Shown one piece after another: positions 20,160-31,800 of a stretch of 64,000 nt of DNA. How positions within the stretch are numbered: the stretch's first letter is position 1; each line of letters starts with the position of its first letter. The stretch spans positions 256,001 to 320,000 of the forward strand of contig CAWJZV010000046.1 in assembly GCA_963847445.1 (NCBI GenBank). The letters are read 5' to 3'. The notes beneath the pieces are model-generated. The model was not told the DNA's origin. It saw nothing but the letters and a program-made list of their open reading frames with translations, and searched no databases. Position numbers and translations under genes: made by a program. This stretch comes from an uncultured delta proteobacterium (lineage in GTDB: Bacteria; Desulfobacterota; Binatia; UBA9968).

Positions 20160-20250
20160 ATTCACCGCAGAGGAACAGAGCACGCAGAGTTCGGAGAAGT
20201 TCTTGATCAAAATTCTTTTCTCCGCGTCCTCCGCGCCTCGGCGGTGCAAA
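20160..20250. repeat. inverted 9-bp-period repeat (CACCGCAGAG..CGCAGAG / CTCCGCG..GCGGTG)
   Basis: ttcaccgcagaggaacagagcacgcagag ... ctccgcgtcctccgcgcctcggcggtg; partial copy near 50531. Confidence 0.75.
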
Positions 20251-20340
20251 TCCGAACCGTGCTTCACAGGAAAGCCAGAAGCGCCTCAGTTATAAGGCAC
20301 TGTAAATGAAATCAGCTTCGAAGGGAACTCGCTGCGCGCC

Positions 20341-21207
20341 GTGCTGCCAATCATATTCGGGCTGTTAACTTCATTTTGCTTCGCGGTGGCCAGTCTGCTG
20401 GCGCAACGCGGCTACCATATCGGGCCGGCGCCCTGGGGCGCGTGGATCACCATCGCCGCCAACGCCGCGTTTCTCCTGGCCGGCCATTGGCTGATCGAGG
20501 GCGACACTCGAATGTTCATTGCTGACAATTTGATCTTCGTTGCCGTCGGCCTGTTCGTTCCCGGAGTAACCCGGGTGCTGAGCTTTCGCGGCATCCGCAC
20601 CATGGGCAGCTCGATTACCTCCACCATCGTCAATACCACGCCGATGTTTTCCACTGTGTTGGCGATTCTCATCCTTGGCGAGCGGCCGAGCGCGTTGGTC
20701 CTTGGCGGCGTGCTGCTGACGGTCGGCGGGCTGATCACCGTGTCCTGGGGCGGCGAGAAGGTTTCCTACTCGAAGATCGAATTGGTGTTTCCGTTTCTCT
20801 GCGCGTTGTTGTTCTCGATGAAAGATATTTCGGTGCGCTGGGGCTTGGGTGGTGGCGGCGGCCAACCGATCCTCGCCGCGGCCATCGCCGCGCTGACTTC
20901 TACCGTGGAGATTTTCCTGATAACCCGTTACGCCCAGGGCGAAAAGTTCGCGTTGCCGCGCTTGCCGGTGTTGCGCTGGTTTGTCTGGTCGGGGATTTTT
21001 ACCGGCGGCGCTTTTTTATTCATGTATATCGCCTTCAGCCTGGAGCGGGTGTCGATCGTCGCGCCGCTGGTGAACAGCTATACGGTCTTCGTTGCCGTCT
21101 TGACGCCGTTCATGGCGCGCCAGATCGAGCGTCTAACGCCGCACAAATTGGCCGGCGCCGCTTTGGTGGTCGCCGGGATTTTTGCGGTGTCGTTCGGCAA
21201 GGATTAG
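20341..21207 (+). CDS. EamA/DMT family transporter
   Basis: About ten hydrophobic helices; TTPMFSTVLAILILGER. Confidence 0.88.
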   Translation: MLPIIFGLLTSFCFAVASLLAQRGYHIGPAPWGAWITIAANAAFLLAGHWLIEGDTRMFIADNLIFVAVGLFVPGVTRVLSFRGIRTMGSSITSTIVNTTPMFSTVLAILILGERPSALVLGGVLLTVGGLITVSWGGEKVSYSKIELVFPFLCALLFSMKDISVRWGLGGGGGQPILAAAIAALTSTVEIFLITRYAQGEKFALPRLPVLRWFVWSGIFTGGAFLFMYIAFSLERVSIVAPLVNSYTVFVAVLTPFMARQIERLTPHKLAGAALVVAGIFAVSFGKD

Positions 21208-21224
21208 CGCGATGCAGATGGGTC

Positions 21225-21297
21225 GAAGATTGAGTATGGAGGATGGATGATCGCAAGACTCGGACCACGATCCTCGATCCTCAATCATCCATCGTCG
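21225..21297. repeat. inverted 7-bp-period repeat between convergent genes
   Basis: gattgagtatggaggatggatgatcg ... cgatcctcgatcctcaatcatccatc. Confidence 0.7.
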
Positions 21298-21299
21298 AT

Positions 21300-21701
21300 T
21301 TATTTCCCGACACCGCCGACGGTCAAAGACAGGACCGTGTCCTTCTCTTCCTTACTGATGCCGATGAGCAGGGTCTTGCCGTCCTTGCTGTAGGCGAGCA
21401 TGGCGCCGCCGCTGAGTAGTTTCATGTTTTCCTGCCAGCCTCGCGCCGGCAGTTCCTTCTTGTAAAACTCGACGAGCTTGGCGCTTTCCATGTTGCCATG
21501 AAAGCTCGCCTGACCCGCGCCAAATCCTAGGAACGAGACTTCCACCGGCTTTTCCGCGCCCTTCTTCATGGCGCCCGGCACGGGAACGGTCACGCCGCCG
21601 ACGGTTTCGTCGCGTGAGCCGGCGCAGGAGCTGGCGAGTATGAACAGCAAGAGGACGGGCAGTGAAAAACGGCAATTTACGGGATTCAATCTCCAGCGCA
21701 T
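21300..21701 (-). CDS. hypothetical lipoprotein
   Basis: Lipobox-like LASSC; VEFYKKELPARGW motif. Confidence 0.7.
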   Translation of the reverse strand: MRWRLNPVNCRFSLPVLLLFILASSCAGSRDETVGGVTVPVPGAMKKGAEKPVEVSFLGFGAGQASFHGNMESAKLVEFYKKELPARGWQENMKLLSGGAMLAYSKDGKTLLIGISKEEKDTVLSLTVGGVGK

Positions 21702-21742
21702 TTGAACCTCCAGTTAAATTAAAACACCGGCATACCGGCAGC

Positions 21743-22924
21743 TCACGAATTGGCCTCCGGCGCCACCGGCAGGCCGACAAAAAACCACAGGATCAGCAAA
21801 GCAACGCCGACAAATTCCGGCAGCGCCGGCGAGATATGGCTCAGGGCGCCGCCGAGCATGCCGCCGAGGGACGAGCCGATGAAGCCGAAGGAATTATAAA
21901 CCCCGCTCGCCGTGCCGCGGCCACCGGCGGGCACCTGCTGAGTGAGAAACGCCGGCAGCATCGGTTGGTAGATGCTGTAACCGAAGAAATACGCCGCGCC
22001 GCTGACATATAGAAGCAGTTCGTACTGGGCATTGGCGCCGACCAGATAGATCGCGTAGCCCACCGTCGCCGTGAACCAGCCGATCATGATCGGCCGGCGA
22101 AAGTGGCCGGCTTTTTCGGCGCGGCGCATGTAGGGGAAGACCAGCAAGACGCTGGGCAGGAAGATAATCGAATAGACCTGCCAAAGTTTGGCTTTGTCGA
22201 AACCGATTTCGGTCCAGCTCAACGGGTAGGTGAAAAAAAACAGATTCAACGTAAAGGAAAGCACGAAGGTGGCTGTGAATATCGGCCGTAGTTTTTCTTG
22301 GGCGAGAATCGCTTTGAACGTCATCGGCGCTTCGGCGCTGATGACGCGCCGGTCGGGGGGAAATGACGTGGCGGTCAGAATCATGGCGAGAAATCCCAGC
22401 CCCGCCAATAGGTAGAACAAACCGTTAAGGCCGATCTGCGCGGCGAGCAGCGGCCCGGCGAGCAGGCCGATCATGAACGACGCGCCGATGGCGATGCCGG
22501 TGATGGTGTAAGCTTGAGCGCGCACGCTTGGTCGGGTGAGATCGGCGAGCACTGCGAAGGCGACGGCGCCGACCGCGCCGGTGCCCTGGAGAGCGCGCGC
22601 CAGAATGAGACTGTATATATCGGTTGCCAAGGCGCAGCCGATACTGCCGAGGCTAAAAAGCAGCAGACCGACGAGGAGCACGGGTTTGCGTCCCCAACGG
22701 TCGCTCGCCCAACCTAGCGGAATCTGGAAGACACACTGAATCAGCGCGTAAATGCCGAAGGCGACGCCGGCGAGGGCGGCCGATGCGCCGGGGTAGCGCA
22801 CCGCATAGGCACTGAAGATCGGCAGCATGAGAAAGATCCCGAGCAAGCGCAGCGCCGAGATCAAGCTGACGGTAATAACCGGCGCGATCTCTTCGCGGGT
22901 GAAGGAGTGAGCACTGTCAGCCAA
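21743..22924 (-). CDS. MFS transporter (YajR-like)
   Basis: GWASDRWGRKP, ARALQG, about 12 TM segments. Confidence 0.9.
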   Translation of the reverse strand: MADSAHSFTREEIAPVITVSLISALRLLGIFLMLPIFSAYAVRYPGASAALAGVAFGIYALIQCVFQIPLGWASDRWGRKPVLLVGLLLFSLGSIGCALATDIYSLILARALQGTGAVGAVAFAVLADLTRPSVRAQAYTITGIAIGASFMIGLLAGPLLAAQIGLNGLFYLLAGLGFLAMILTATSFPPDRRVISAEAPMTFKAILAQEKLRPIFTATFVLSFTLNLFFFTYPLSWTEIGFDKAKLWQVYSIIFLPSVLLVFPYMRRAEKAGHFRRPIMIGWFTATVGYAIYLVGANAQYELLLYVSGAAYFFGYSIYQPMLPAFLTQQVPAGGRGTASGVYNSFGFIGSSLGGMLGGALSHISPALPEFVGVALLILWFFVGLPVAPEANS

Positions 22925-23033
22925 AGTGAAGCGTGGTCTCCGATGCCGTTGGAATAGACCGTTAAATTACATGCTTTGCCGGAAATAGGAAGAGGGCGGT
23001 GCTGCATGGCGGCCCCGTAAGCTGAGGAGATTT

Positions 23034-23322
23034 TTTCACCACGAAGTGTTTCATGATCTTACGCTCGTCGACAGACAATGAAAATGGATGGAATTCCCTT
23101 TCTATGCTATCTGCTCGACTCGTCATTTTCGCGCACGCGGGAATCCAGGTTTAGTCTGCGCCGAATTAGCCTGGATACCCGCTTTCGCGAGTATGACGGA
23201 GCCCCGGAGGCTCTTCGTTGTGCATATCATCCCCTCACATGTATTTTCGAAGGAGGCGCGAAGGACACGAAGGTTCCGAATTTGAGTCTCATCCTTCGTG
23301 ATCTTCGTGGCCTTCGTGGTGA
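23034..23322. repeat. composite nested palindromic element
   Basis: CACCACGAAG..GCGCGAAGGACACGAAG / CTTCGTG x3 arms interrupted by an insert that contains a CGTCAT..ATGACG palindrome (23121-23198). Confidence 0.75.
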
Positions 23323-23362
23323 GCTGTCCTTTTCCAGATCTTCTTCGGTTGCGGCGGCCGCG

Positions 23363-24289
23363 CTATGCCCTTGGGTTGAATGCAGTCGAGGCCGTTACGC
23401 CGGCGCTACCGGAACCGCGCCTCTGGTGGCGGCGCGGCGCGGCGCGTTGGCTAGTTCGACACCTTCGCTGTCGAAGGCTTTCTTCAGACGGCGGCGATAT
23501 TCGCGGCCGATGGTATTTTGCTGCGCGGGTTGGGTTTTGAATCTCGCCTTTGATCGTTACTGCGACCTCGGTGAAGTTGTCGACGCCGTAAACTTCGATG
23601 GGTTCGATCATCGCCCGGCCAAATTCGGATTCTTTGCGCATGTCGTCGGCGACCCGCCGCATGATATCGACGACTCGGTCGGTATCTTCGTTGTAGGACA
23701 CGGTGACGTCGATGACATAAGCCGACCAGTCCATGGTGGCGTTGGCCAGGGTCGTGATCGAGCCGTTGGGAAAGACATGGACGAGTCCCGCTTGATCGCG
23801 CAGCGCCACGGTGCGGAAGGTGACCGATTCAACCACGCCGCCGGTACCGTTGACGATCGCCATATCGCCGACGCGGATCTGATTCTCCAACAACAGAAAA
23901 AATCCGCTGACCAGATCGCGCACCAAATGCTGCGCGCCGAAGCCGACGGCGAGGCCGACGACTCCGGCGCCGGCGAGGATCGGACCGATGTTGACGCCGA
24001 TCTGGCTGAGCGTGATCAACACCACGACAAACCAAAGCAGCCCGCTGCTGATGGTCCAGAGCACGCTCGACAAAGTCTTGATGCGTTTGGCGGCGGCGCC
24101 CGGATAGGTCTCGCCGTAACCCGTGGTGCGGATCAGCAATGCTTCGAATTGGCTTAAGGCGGCGCGCAGTAGTTTGACGAAGACATAGGCGACGGCCACG
24201 ATGACGGCGATCCGGATGATCCCTTGGAGCGCGTTGACCGCGACGGCCATGATCCTTGTGACGAAAGATTCCCAGGCGATTGGCGACAT
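23363..24289 (-). CDS. MscS family mechanosensitive channel; 3' frameshift
   Basis: LAGAGVVGLAVGFGAQHLVRD..ENQIRVGD..G.VE..FPNG. Confidence 0.92.
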   Translation of the reverse strand: MSPIAWESFVTRIMAVAVNALQGIIRIAVIVAVAYVFVKLLRAALSQFEALLIRTTGYGETYPGAAAKRIKTLSSVLWTISSGLLWFVVVLITLSQIGVNIGPILAGAGVVGLAVGFGAQHLVRDLVSGFFLLLENQIRVGDMAIVNGTGGVVESVTFRTVALRDQAGLVHVFPNGSITTLANATMDWSAYVIDVTVSYNEDTDRVVDIMRRVADDMRKESEFGRAMIEPIEVYGVDNFTEVAVTIKGEIQNPTRAAKYHRPRISPPSEESLRQRRCRTSQRAAPRRHQRRGSGSAGVTASTAFNPRA

Positions 24290-24453
24290 GTTGGATTCCC
24301 CCTTGAGCGATAGTTCTTGAACTTTTGTCGCAAGAAATCAGCGCAGATACCAGGCCGAGCGGCAAATCGACCGGTGAAAAATTTCTTGACTTGGATTCAG
24401 GCTGGGATAGGTTGTGCGAATCGTCAATTTGGCGGAAGGACGTTCATATCATC

Positions 24454-25456
24454 ATGCGTAGCGAAACTCCCGGCAGCTATGGGGCAACACTGTTGGCACT
24501 CGCGCTGGCGGTGTTGTTTTCAATTCCTTTTGCTGCACATGGGCAATCGGTGCCTGTAGAAAGTCCGCTTGGCCCTTCCGACCAAGGCGGTTTCCTTCTT
24601 GGCGTTTTATATCGCTCATCGCCGGGGCTTTTACAGAGACGAGGGCATCGAGTTCGAGCCGATTGTCATGCAACCGTCGCTAGCGAGCACGGCGGTGCTT
24701 ACCGGCGACTTGGACTACAACGGCGCGGTTACCGGCGTGATCGGCGCGGCGGTGGCGGGCCGGCCGATGAAAGCAGTGTTGTTTACGGTCGCTCGCCCGT
24801 TGCAGTATTTGATGAGCAGGAACGACATCAAAGACGCGCGCGAGCTTAAAGGCAAAAAAATCGCCGGCAGCTCTCCCGGCGGCACGGTGACGTTCCTGAC
24901 CAAACTTGTGTTGAGAAATGTCGGATTGGATTCCGAGCGCGATGTCTTTCTCAATCCCATGGGTGGGACGGGAGCGAGCCGCCTAGCGGCGCTGGAGTCC
25001 GGCGTGGTCGACGCGGTGATCTTGGAGAGCCCGGATAACTTTCTCGCCCAGCGCAAGGGTTTTCGCGAACTGATTTTCTTCGGCGACCAGGTGGAGTTCC
25101 CGCAAAACGGCTTCGGCACCTCCGAGAAGAAGTTGAAGGAAAATCCCGACGAGGTTTTCCGCATGGTGCGCGCAACGCTGCGCGGCCTAGCGTTCAGCTG
25201 GGACAAACGGAATCACGATCAAGTGATCGACATCGTCATGCGCGAGATGAAACCGATCGGCGCATCACTCGCCAATGAATCTCTCGGGCAGGTGATGCGC
25301 GTCATTACCAAGGATGGTTCGGTCAAATCCGAGTCGATCCAAGTGCTCATCGATTTGGTGCGGGAAAACGCCAAGGTCGCGCGCCCGGTCACGGTCAACC
25401 AGGTGGTGGATTTTTCGTTTTTAGAGAAGGCGCAAAAGGAGCTAAAACTGAAATAG
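24454..25456 (+). CDS. ABC substrate-binding protein (NMT1/SsuA-like); frameshift after the signal peptide
   Basis: GFYRDEGIE, ELKGKKIAGSSPGG, RLAALESGVVDA, ENPDEVFRMVRA. Confidence 0.88.
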
Positions 25457-25562
25457 ATTGACGAAAGTTGGCTGGAATAGAAAATAGTGACATTGTCGGC
25501 GGTAACGCGGTGAAGATGCGAAGCTGTAATTCACAAACTACCTGAGAGCATCCGACGATACG

Positions 25563-25607
25563 AAAAGGCGCCGTTTGAGGCATGCTGATGTCTCAAGCGG
25601 CGTTTTT
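25563..25607. terminator. long hairpin, bidirectional-terminator-like
   Basis: aaaaggcgccgtttgagg..tctcaagcggcgttttt. Confidence 0.65.
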
Positions 25608-25845
25608 GTACGTGCCTACGACTATGAATACCGACATTCTTGTATGCTGGCTCCCTTGACAGATTGCGTATTTTTGATACAAGCCGCGTCGGCGTAATTG
25701 TGCAAAACCTCCGCCGAGAAAGTGTACGAAGCTTTTATAACTGGAATTTGACTCAACGTTACGCGCCACTAAGAGAGGACGAGCATTCGTACGGATATAA
25801 TGGCGGTTTGTTCCGAGTGCGGCACAGGCGCGGTAAGAGGACTGC

Positions 25846-28800
25846 ATGAAAGCATTTAGATTCGCGCTTGTGACTTTCCTGAGCGCAAGCCTGGCTTTCC
25901 CCCCGTACATGGTTCCTGCGCTGTTTGCCCAGATAACGCCGCCGGTGGGCGACGGCCTGTGGGTGGCAAGCGAGGACACCCTCAGCAAATTTGCCACCGA
26001 CGACGGCCGCAAGTTGGCCCAGCCGGCAAACACAAAGAATCGCGTGCGGCTGGCTGTCGATCCCTCGCGGACAACCCTTTGGGCTTATGGCTCAAGCAAA
26101 TTGTTCGCCTACAACGAGGAGGGACAACAGCTGCTGAGCGCGAGCGTGCCCGCGCCCAATAGCAGTTCGCTCAACGATGCGGCGCTGGCGGTCAACTCCA
26201 GCGATGGCACGGTCTGGTTAGCGATCAAGAAAAGCCTGCATCACTTCAGCCTCCAAGGCCAGCGGATCAAGACGGTGCAACTGAGTAACGACGTGGTCGG
26301 CCTATCGTTCGATCCCGTCACGGGAAAGTTGTGGGTCGCGACCAAAAGCGCGGTTCGGCCCTATGATAACCAATCGGTTGCCGGCGCGGCGTTGGCGTTG
26401 GGAAACAATCCGCAAGTTAAAGCGCTCGCCGTTGACCGCGGCAATGGCGCGGTTTGGGTCGGGCTATCGAATAGTTTGCGGCTGTTTTCATCCAACGGCG
26501 CCCAGCTCTACCAGCGCAGCGTCAATGGCATCGCGCATCTGGCTGAGGACGGCGCCCATGGGGTGTGGGCAGCGAAGCAGGACACGCTCCATCGTTACAG
26601 CCCGACGCTGCAACCTTTGCTCACTGTGAACATCGACGATGACGATGACATTGTCGCCCTAGCGGGTGACGCGCTCGATCAGTCGGTTTGGGTCGCCGGC
26701 GAGGAATCGATCGTTCACCTGGCAGCCGATGGCAGGATCTTGCTGCGTATACTGAGCAAGCGCGGGGATCACGATAAGGATCGGGATCACGACGATGACG
26801 ATGACGAACTGGATGACATTAACGACATCGCACTGATGCGCCAGTCGCCAGGAAACCGCGCGCCAGTGGCGGTTAACGATGCGGCGACGACATTGCTCAA
26901 CACGACGCTGCCGATTCAAGTGCTGGCCAACGACAGCGACCCGGACAACGACCCGCTGACGATCACGGCGGTGACGCAGCCCGCCCATGGCACGGTAACC
27001 AACACTAATACCGTCGCCACCTACACGCCGGCGACGGGATATCTCGGCCTCGACTCTTTTACTTACACGATAGCGGACGGCCAGAATCACACGGCGACCG
27101 CAACCGTTAACATCAGCGTCAATCAAGCGCCGGCGATCACCAGCGCCAACGCGGTGACGTTTATCGTTGGGACCGCCGGGACATTCGCGGTGACGACCAC
27201 CGGTTTCCCGGTGCCGACGATCACGCGCAGCGGTGTGGCGCTGCCCAACGGCGTGACATTTGTGAACAACGGCAACGGCACGGGCACGCTAAGCGGCACG
27301 GCCGCGGCCGGCACCAACGGCAGCTATGCGCTTACGTTTACAGCAAGCAACGGGGTGTCGCCCAACGCCAGCCAGATTTTCACGCTGACGGTAAATTCGG
27401 CTGGACCGGTTAACCGTCCGCCGACGATAACCACCACGGCGGCGACAACGGCCACCGTTGGCCAGCTGTATGGCTACGATGTCGATGCCAGCGATCCCGA
27501 CACGGGTGACGTGCTGACTTTCTCGTTGGATACTTTCCCGTCGGGTATGACGATCAATTCATCCACAGGAGTCATCGAGTGGACTCCGAGCGGTACTCAA
27601 CTTGGCGTTAACAATGTCACGGTGCGCGTGCGCGACCTCACCGGACTGTTCGCTACTCAAAGCTTCACCGTGCAGGTCGCCCCGGCCGCCAATGGTACGC
27701 CGTTTTTCACATCGGCGCCGCCAACGACCGCGATCGTCAGCCAGCTTTATAGTTACGATGCCGATGCCAGCGATCCTGAGGGCGAGGCGTTGACTTTTTC
27801 CTTGGACCAAGCTCCGACGGGCATGACGATCGATCCGAACACGGGCTTGATTCAATGGACGCCGGGGCAAAACCAACTTGACGGCAACAGCGTTGTCGTG
27901 CGGGTGCGCGATGTCGGCGGGCGGTTTGCCAACCAGGCCTTTGTCGTGCAGGTCAACGCAACGCCGACGCTCCCGCCGATCATTACCTCGACACCGGTGG
28001 CCGCGGCCGCCGTCGGCAAACCTTACGGTTACAATGTGATCGCCACCGACCCCGACGCTGGCGACACGGTCACCTATTCGCTCAATGGCGCGCCCTTGGG
28101 CATGACGATCAATAGTACGACGGGCGCGATTGCATGGACGCCGGTTATCACCCAAACCGGCGCACAGAATGTAACGGCGATCGCGAGCGACGGTCGGGGC
28201 GGCAGCGCCGCGCAGACTTTCTCGATCAACGTAAGCGCGGCCCAAGGGAATCGTGCGCCTACCGCTCAGGACGACTTGTACGCCGTGCGCCGAGGCGACA
28301 CGCTGACTGTCCCAGCGCCGGGGGTTTTGCAGAATGATGGCGATCCAGATGGGCAGAACTCTCACATCCGAGCTGGTCGCTGGACCGACAAAGGGCGCAT
28401 TCAATTTTGCCGCCGATGGCTCGTTCAACTACACGCCGGCGCCGCCGTTGGCGAATTCCACCGAGCCGCAGCTAAAATTCAGCTACTCCGATGTCAATCC
28501 CGCGATTAGCATCACGCGCACTCAACCGATCGTCATCGACCTGGATAAGGATGGCGTGCCGGAGATCGTGTTCATTAGCCAAGGACCGTTCGGCACCTGT
28601 AAACTGATCGCCCTCCACGGTAACGACGGCTCAGTGGCATTCTCGCTCAATGCGTATCAGCCGGCCGCGTCGCCGCCGATCGTGCTTTGCGATTCTTTTA
28701 CCGAGCTAGCAGCCGGCGATATCGACGGCGACGGCTTCCCCGAGATCATCGCCGTCGATGGTGATGATGGAATCAACGTGCCTGCACCCAATCGTGACAT

Positions 28801-31800
28801 CTTCCGCCGCCAACTGATCGCGCTCAATCACGATGGAACGCACAAGTGGACCAGTGAAGATATTCTCAGCAAAGACGTGTCCGGCGGCCTTGGCCGTATC
28901 ATCAGCACAGGCGGGTTTCGTAAACCCCTTATCGCCGACCTCGATGGCGACGGTACACCTGAGATATTGGTCGGATATAGCGCGCGGGTGGCGACCTCGC
29001 CAGGGGTGGCCGCCGAGGATTTTGTCACTGCTTTCGACAATCAAGGTCGGATTCTCTGGATCGTCCGTGGCAGCGGGTCGAACGAGGGTCTAAGTCCCGC
29101 CACCGGCACGGTGATCGTCCAGGACATCGATCTCGACGGCAGACCGGAAGTCCTGTACAGCGACGACGTTTATGACAATCAGGGCAATCGGCTCTGGAGC
29201 GCAGCGACTTGTCCTACTTGCAGCCCCCGGGTGAAAGACGTCGTCGTCGCCAATCTCGACGACGATCCTTTCGCCGAAGTCGTTTACTTCGATGGCTTCG
29301 GGCAGGTCTACGTATACGAGCACACCGGCGCCCTAAAATGGGGGCCACTCGACGTGGGAACCGCGGACAGCGCGCTGACCGTCGGCGATGTTGATGGCGA
29401 CGGCAAGGCCGAGATCGTCGTCACGTCCGGCACTAACATTGTGGTCATCGCCGGCGACGGCTCTTCGACCCGCTCGATCCCCGTGCCGCTCGCCACCATA
29501 TTTGACGGCAGCCGTAATACGACGATCTTCGACTTGAACGGCGACGGCAAACCGGAACTTATCCACCAGGGCTTGCGCAGTTCGTTCGACACCGCTTCTC
29601 AGACCGGGGGTTTATTCATCTTTGACGGCGCGACCGGTGCTCTCTTGCATTCCATCAGAGCCGTGCGGGGAAGCGGCGATAGCGGCCCTGTGGTCGCGGA
29701 CGTGAACGGCGACGGCAGCGCGGAAATCGTTACGGGCGGCTGGAACGGCTCGCCGTTGCTCCATGTCTTCGAGGGCAAAAATGGGCCCTGGGCCAAAGCG
29801 CGGCCGATCTACAACCAATACAGTTATAACGTTACCAACGTTAACAGTGACGGGACGATTCCGGCGCACCCGGCACCCAACTGGCTGACGCCTGGGTTGA
29901 ACAACTTCCTGGTCAACATGCCGCTGCCGGAGGAACGGACCGCAGACAAGGATCTGTTTACCTACAAAGCCAACGATGGCGCGCTGGACTCCAACACCGC
30001 GACGGCGCGGATCGACATCCTGCCGCCCAATCACGCGCCCAACATTTTGTCGCAGCCGCCTACGGTGGCGTCGCCGACCATCGAGTATTTGTACGCCGTG
30101 CGTGCGTTCGATGCCGATGTGGGTGAAGTTCTTACATTCACATTGCCTCAGGCGCCCACCGGCATGACCATCGATCCTGCCACCGGTTTAGTGCGCTGGA
30201 CGCCGAGCGCAGGACAGATCGGCCGCCATACGGTAGCGTTGAAAGTTACCGATTCACAGGGAGAATTTGCTTATCAGGGATTCGCCATCGAAGTAGTCGG
30301 AGCAGTGATCGTCCCGGCTGTGATTGGACAAACTCAAGCAGCGGCGCAAAGCGCACTGACCGGTGCCGGGCTTACGGCTGGCACGATCGTTACTGCGGCC
30401 AGTAGCACGGTGCCGGCGGGCCAAGTGATCAGCCAGGGGATCGCTGCGGGTACTCAAGTGCCGGCAGGCTCGGCGGTCAGCCTGGTGATCTCCTCGGGAG
30501 CGCAGACAGCCACCGTACCGAACGTAGTCGGACAAACCCAGGCAGCCGCGCAAAGCGCGATCAACGGCGCCGGTTTGAACATCGGCCTGGTAACCACGGC
30601 GCCAAGCACGAGCGTAGCGGCGGGAAATATCATCAGCCAAGATCCCGTCGGCGGCACGCCGGTCCCTCTCGGCTCCGGTGTTAATTTGATCGTTTCCATC
30701 GGCACCATCAATCTCACCGGCTTGAGCTCCATTGTCGTCGAGCCGGCGACGGCGATCATCCTCGTCGGCGAAGAACAGGCGTACAGCGCCACGGGTGTGT
30801 TCAGCGACGGCACGAGCCAAAACTTGACCGGCATCGTCGGCTGGTCCAGCAGCGCGGCCGCAGTCGCGACGATATCGCCGGTCGGCATCGCCAAAGGCCT
30901 TAGCGACGGCAACACGACGATTCAGGCCAGCGCAAACGCGATCACCGGCAGTGCCACGCTCAACGTGCGCGCGCGCATCGCCGATGGCACGCTGCCCAAC
31001 GCGGTAATTGTCGAGCCGGCAAACAATGCCGAGGTCACCAGTCCGGTTGACGTCGTCGGCAACGCCACCGATGCCAATTTTCTAAAATACGTATTGGACT
31101 ACGCAGTGGCCGGAGAAACCAACTTCACGGTTCTGACCGAAAGCGCCGTGCCGGTGACCAACGGCGTCCTGGGTAAGTTCGACCCGACCATGCTGATCAA
31201 CGATCAGTACACATTGCGGCTGACGGTCTTACGATCGCGGCGGCAATACGCAGCAGGCCAGCGTGAACGTGCAAGTGGCGCGGGATATGAAGATCGGACT
31301 GTTTACAATTACTTTCCAGGATCTCAATGTCGCAGTGTCTGGCCTGCCGATCACGGTTAACCGGACTTACGACAGCCGTGACAAGCGTAGCGGAGATTTC
31401 GGCTTTGGCTGGCGCTTGAATTTACAAACGATGCGGATTCGCACCAATCGAGTGTTGGGCACGGGATGGGTGCGCAACCAAGCAGGCGCGGTCATCAATC
31501 TCACACCGACTGACGCTCATAAAGTCAGTGTCACCTTGCCCGACGGCAGAGTCGAAGAGTTCGACATGCAAGTGTCGCCGACTTCAGGGCTGGGCGCCCT
31601 TGATTTCACCAATGTCGTCGGCTTCACGCCGCGCGCTGGGACCGTCGGCAAGCTGGAAGCTCTCGGCTAACAATGGTCTTGTGATCTTGAACGCGGGAGC
31701 GCGCGATGAACTGGTCGATGACGACACTCTCAATACCTACAACCCGCAGCTTTTCCGCTATACGACGGTAGATGGGAACGCAGATCGAGATTCACCGAAC

